A DNA stretch of 53,726 nt from an uncultured Streptomycetaceae bacterium (GTDB taxonomy: Bacteria > Pseudomonadota > Gammaproteobacteria > Burkholderiales > SG8-41). How positions within the stretch are numbered: the stretch's first letter is position 1; each line of letters opens with the position of its first letter. The stretch covers positions 1 to 53,726 of the forward strand of contig CAYYZZ010000001.1 in the NCBI GenBank assembly GCA_964476235.1. The letters are read 5' to 3'. Below the pieces are notes generated by a model that had not been told where the DNA came from, did not search any database, and saw nothing but the letters and a program-made list of their open reading frames with translations. The position numbers and the translations under genes were made by a program. Positions 51,148-53,726 of this stretch are shown here, one piece after another.

Positions 51148-52847
51148 ACCTTTGATTTCAACGATTGAACCGCGTCCTGCAAGGCGATGGGCTGGGCCTG
51201 GGCGTCGCGCCGACCCTGGTATTCGATACGCCCGTCCTTGAGTCCGCGCTCCCCGATCACCACGCGGTGGGGGATGCCGATCAGCTCCATGTCGGCAAAC
51301 ATGACGCCCGGGCGCTCGTTGCGGTCGTCGAGCAGCACGTCGATGCCGGCGGCGATGAGGTCGCGGTAGAGCTGCTCGGTGGTATCGCGCACCTGGGCGC
51401 TCTTGCCCATCCCGATCGGCACGATCGCCAGATCGAACGGCGCCATCGCTCGCGGGAAGATGATGCCGCGCTCGTCGTGGTTCTGCTCGATTGCGGCGGC
51501 GACGATGCGGGATACCCCGATGCCGTAGCAGCCCATTTCCATGACTTTCGGCTTGCCGCTCTCGTCAAGAAAGGTGAGGCCCATGGCGTCCGAATACTTG
51601 GTTCGCAGCTGGAAAATGTGCCCGACCTCGATGCCGCGGAGGATCTCGAGCCGGCCCTTGCCGTCGGGACTTGGGTCTCCCGCCACCACGTTGCGGATGT
51701 CGGCCACCACCGGTTCCGGGAAATCGCGCGCGATGTTGGCGCCGGTATAGTGATGATCGTTCTGGTTGGCGCCGACGACGAAATCAGCCATCGCCGCGAC
51801 GGCCCGGTCGGCGATGACGGTGCCCTTGAACCCGGCCGGGCCCAGCGACCCGGGGTCCGCTCCGAACAGCGCGCGGATCGCCTCCACGGAGGAAAAGGCG
51901 ACCGGCTTCTTCACCTGCTCGAGCTTGCCGGCCTTGATGAGATTCAGCTCGTGATCGCCGCGCACCATCAGGAGCGCCGGCCTGCCTTCGACGCCGTCCA
52001 GTACCACCGCCTTTACCGTGCGCTCGGCCGGGATCTTCAGGAACGCGCACAAATCGGCGATGGTTTTGACGCCCGGCGTGTGCACTTTCTGGAGTGCCTC
52101 CTTCGCGGCGTGCCGCGCCGCCGCGGGCGCCATCGCTTCCGCGAGATCGACGTTGGCGGCGAAGTCGGAGGCCGGGCAGTACGCGATCGCGTCCTCGCCG
52201 GAGTCGGCCAGCACGTGGAACTCGTGCGAGCCGGTGCCACCGATCGCACCGGTGTCGGCGGCGACCGCGCGGAACTTGAGCCCCAGCCGCGTGAATATGC
52301 GGGTGTAGCAGTCGACCATCGCGCGGTAAGTCTCGTCGAGACTCGCCTTGCCGGCGTGGAAAGAGTAGGCGTCTTTCATCACGAACTCGCGCGCCCGCAT
52401 TACGCCGAAGCGCGGCCGGATCTCGTCGCGGAACTTGGTCTGGATCTGATAGAGGTTGAGCGGCAACTGCCGGTAGCTCCTGACCTCCTGCCGCACCACG
52501 TCGCTCACCACCTCCTCGTGCGTCGGCCCGAAGCAGAAATCGCGCTGATGCCGGTCCTTGATGCGCAGCAGCTCCGGCCCGTATTGCTCCCAGCGCTTCG
52601 ATTCCTGCCACAGCTCGGCCGGCTGCACCGCCGGCATGGCGAGCTCGATCGCGCCGGATGCGTTCATCTCCTCGCGCACGACCGCTTCCACCTTGCGCAG
52701 CGCGCGCAGGCCCAGGGGCATCCAGGTATAGATCCCCCGGGCGAGCTGCTTGATCATTCCCGCGCGCAGCATCAGGCGGTGGCTCACCACCTCGGCATCG
52801 GACGGGGTTTCCTTGAGGGTAGAGAGCAGGAATTGCGTGACGCGCAT
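51135..52847 (-). CDS. proS: proline--tRNA ligase
   Basis: 570 aa starting [32 protein letters not shown], with class II motifs and an INS editing domain. Confidence 0.96.
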   Translation of the reverse strand: MRVTQFLLSTLKETPSDAEVVSHRLMLRAGMIKQLARGIYTWMPLGLRALRKVEAVVREEMNASGAIELAMPAVQPAELWQESKRWEQYGPELLRIKDRHQRDFCFGPTHEEVVSDVVRQEVRSYRQLPLNLYQIQTKFRDEIRPRFGVMRAREFVMKDAYSFHAGKASLDETYRAMVDCYTRIFTRLGLKFRAVAADTGAIGGTGSHEFHVLADSGEDAIAYCPASDFAANVDLAEAMAPAAARHAAKEALQKVHTPGVKTIADLCAFLKIPAERTVKAVVLDGVEGRPALLMVRGDHELNLIKAGKLEQVKKPVAFSSVEAIRALFGADPGSLGPAGFKGTVIADRAVAAMADFVVGANQNDHHYTGANIARDFPEPVVADIRNVVAGDPSPDGKGRLEILRGIEVGHIFQLRTKYSDAMGLTFLDESGKPKVMEMGCYGIGVSRIVAAAIEQNHDERGIIFPRAMAPFDLAIVPIGMGKSAQVRDTTEQLYRDLIAAGIDVLLDDRNERPGVMFADMELIGIPHRVVIGERGLKDGRIEYQGRRDAQAQPIALQDAVQSLKSKVCGE

Positions 52848-52853
52848 GGCTGG

Positions 52854-52868
52854 GAACCTATCTCAATA
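52854..52868. repeat. third copy of the 15-mer GAACCTATCTCAATA
   Basis: On the proS coding strand it reads TATTGAGATAGGTTC-CCAGCC-ATG, in the same orientation and position as upstream of ATG 24541. Confidence 0.75.
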
Positions 52869-52920
52869 AACGCTATTCTACCAACCCGTTCTCCTTTTCA
52901 CGGCGTCTGCTTACGTCGGC

Positions 52921-53721
52921 ATGAACTTCTTTTCCCGATGGCGATGGGGCCGCTCGGTGGTGGACGCCGGGTCGGTGTACGTCACGGAGAAGTTCGGGGT
53001 GCGGTCGCTGCATATCGCCAGCGACACCATCCAGAGCTCGATGCGGCTCGCGCGCCCCAACGATCTCGAACTCGCCTATACGCGCAGCATGATGGGGTTC
53101 CTGCTGTTCCACCCCGCGCCGAGGCGCGTGCTGCTGGTGGGGCTGGGCGGCGGCTCGCTCGCCAAGTTCGTCTACCACCGCATGCCGGAGACGGAGTCGG
53201 AAGTGCTGGAGATCAACCCGGACGTGGTGTCGATTGCGCGGCGTTTCTTCCAGGTGCCCGCGTCCGACGAGCGCTTCACGATCCGGGTGTGCGACGGCGC
53301 GGAATTCGTCGCGCGCGAAGGGCCGGGCTACGACGCGATCCTGGTGGACGGCTACGATGGCGATTCCCTGGTCGAAGCGCTTTCGTCGCGCGCGTTTTTC
53401 GGGGCCTGCCTGCGCCGGTTGAACGCCCGCGGCGTGCTGGTGGTGAATTTATGGGGGTCGGACCGCAAGTTCAACGATTACGTCCAGCGCATCGAGGCGG
53501 CACTTCCCGCGGGCACGTTGTGCCTGCCGGCCGAGAAGCCGGGCAACATCGCCACGTTTGCGTTCCGCGACCCGCCGGGGAATCCGCGCTGGGACGAGCT
53601 CGAGGCCAGAGCACGCGAGCTCGAGGCGCGCTACGGACTCGAGTTCGGCAAGTTCGTGAAGGGGCTGCGCAAGATGAATCGCTGCGACGACGGGCGCCTC
53701 TATGTATCCGGCGAGGCGTGA
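52921..53721 (+). CDS. spermidine synthase-like SAM-dependent transferase
   Basis: 266 aa with VLLVGLGGGSLAKF (motif I) and YDAILVDGYD. Confidence 0.7.
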   Translation: MNFFSRWRWGRSVVDAGSVYVTEKFGVRSLHIASDTIQSSMRLARPNDLELAYTRSMMGFLLFHPAPRRVLLVGLGGGSLAKFVYHRMPETESEVLEINPDVVSIARRFFQVPASDERFTIRVCDGAEFVAREGPGYDAILVDGYDGDSLVEALSSRAFFGACLRRLNARGVLVVNLWGSDRKFNDYVQRIEAALPAGTLCLPAEKPGNIATFAFRDPPGNPRWDELEARARELEARYGLEFGKFVKGLRKMNRCDDGRLYVSGEA

Positions 53722-53726
53722 CGGGT

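Overview
GC-rich chromosomal segment with about 50 protein-coding genes. I saw no rRNA, tRNA, CRISPR, transposase or integrase. Synteny looks betaproteobacterial: valS-holC-pepA divergent from lptFG, ilvIH-ilvC-psd-pssA-leuA, and ECF sigma-DUF3619-DUF3106-RDD. A soxYZAXB thiosulfate-oxidation cluster, tusA and a lipoate-ligase-like gene point to a sulfur-oxidising lithotroph. Taxon and lifestyle are inferences from gene content only. Most of the window is core metabolism and housekeeping. Three things stand out. (1) Positions 1-7661 hold a co-directional second-messenger module: FHA protein, CHASE2 cyclase, class II cNMP phosphodiesterase, a GspE/PilB-family ATPase with an N-terminal GAF domain and no secretion or pilus partners nearby, and a GAF-HD-GYP protein. 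A Ser/Thr kinase fused to a cNMP-binding domain lies at 22663. (2) A type IV pilin locus has two tandem mosaic pilin genes behind a sigma54-type promoter, flanked by candidate modification enzymes. (3) Intergenic repeats form a layer that gene annotation does not explain. At least eight stop-codon-hugging inverted arrays of tandem heptamers place TGA in all three frames on both strands. There are also two copies of a MITE-like element with hairpin termini, several shared palindromes, and a nested inverted-repeat block. Further points are a 184-codon in-frame N-terminal extension on valS, a Leu-rich leader peptide upstream of leuA, and a decayed yihY remnant. All calls rest on reading the sequence and the ORF translations; no database search was possible.
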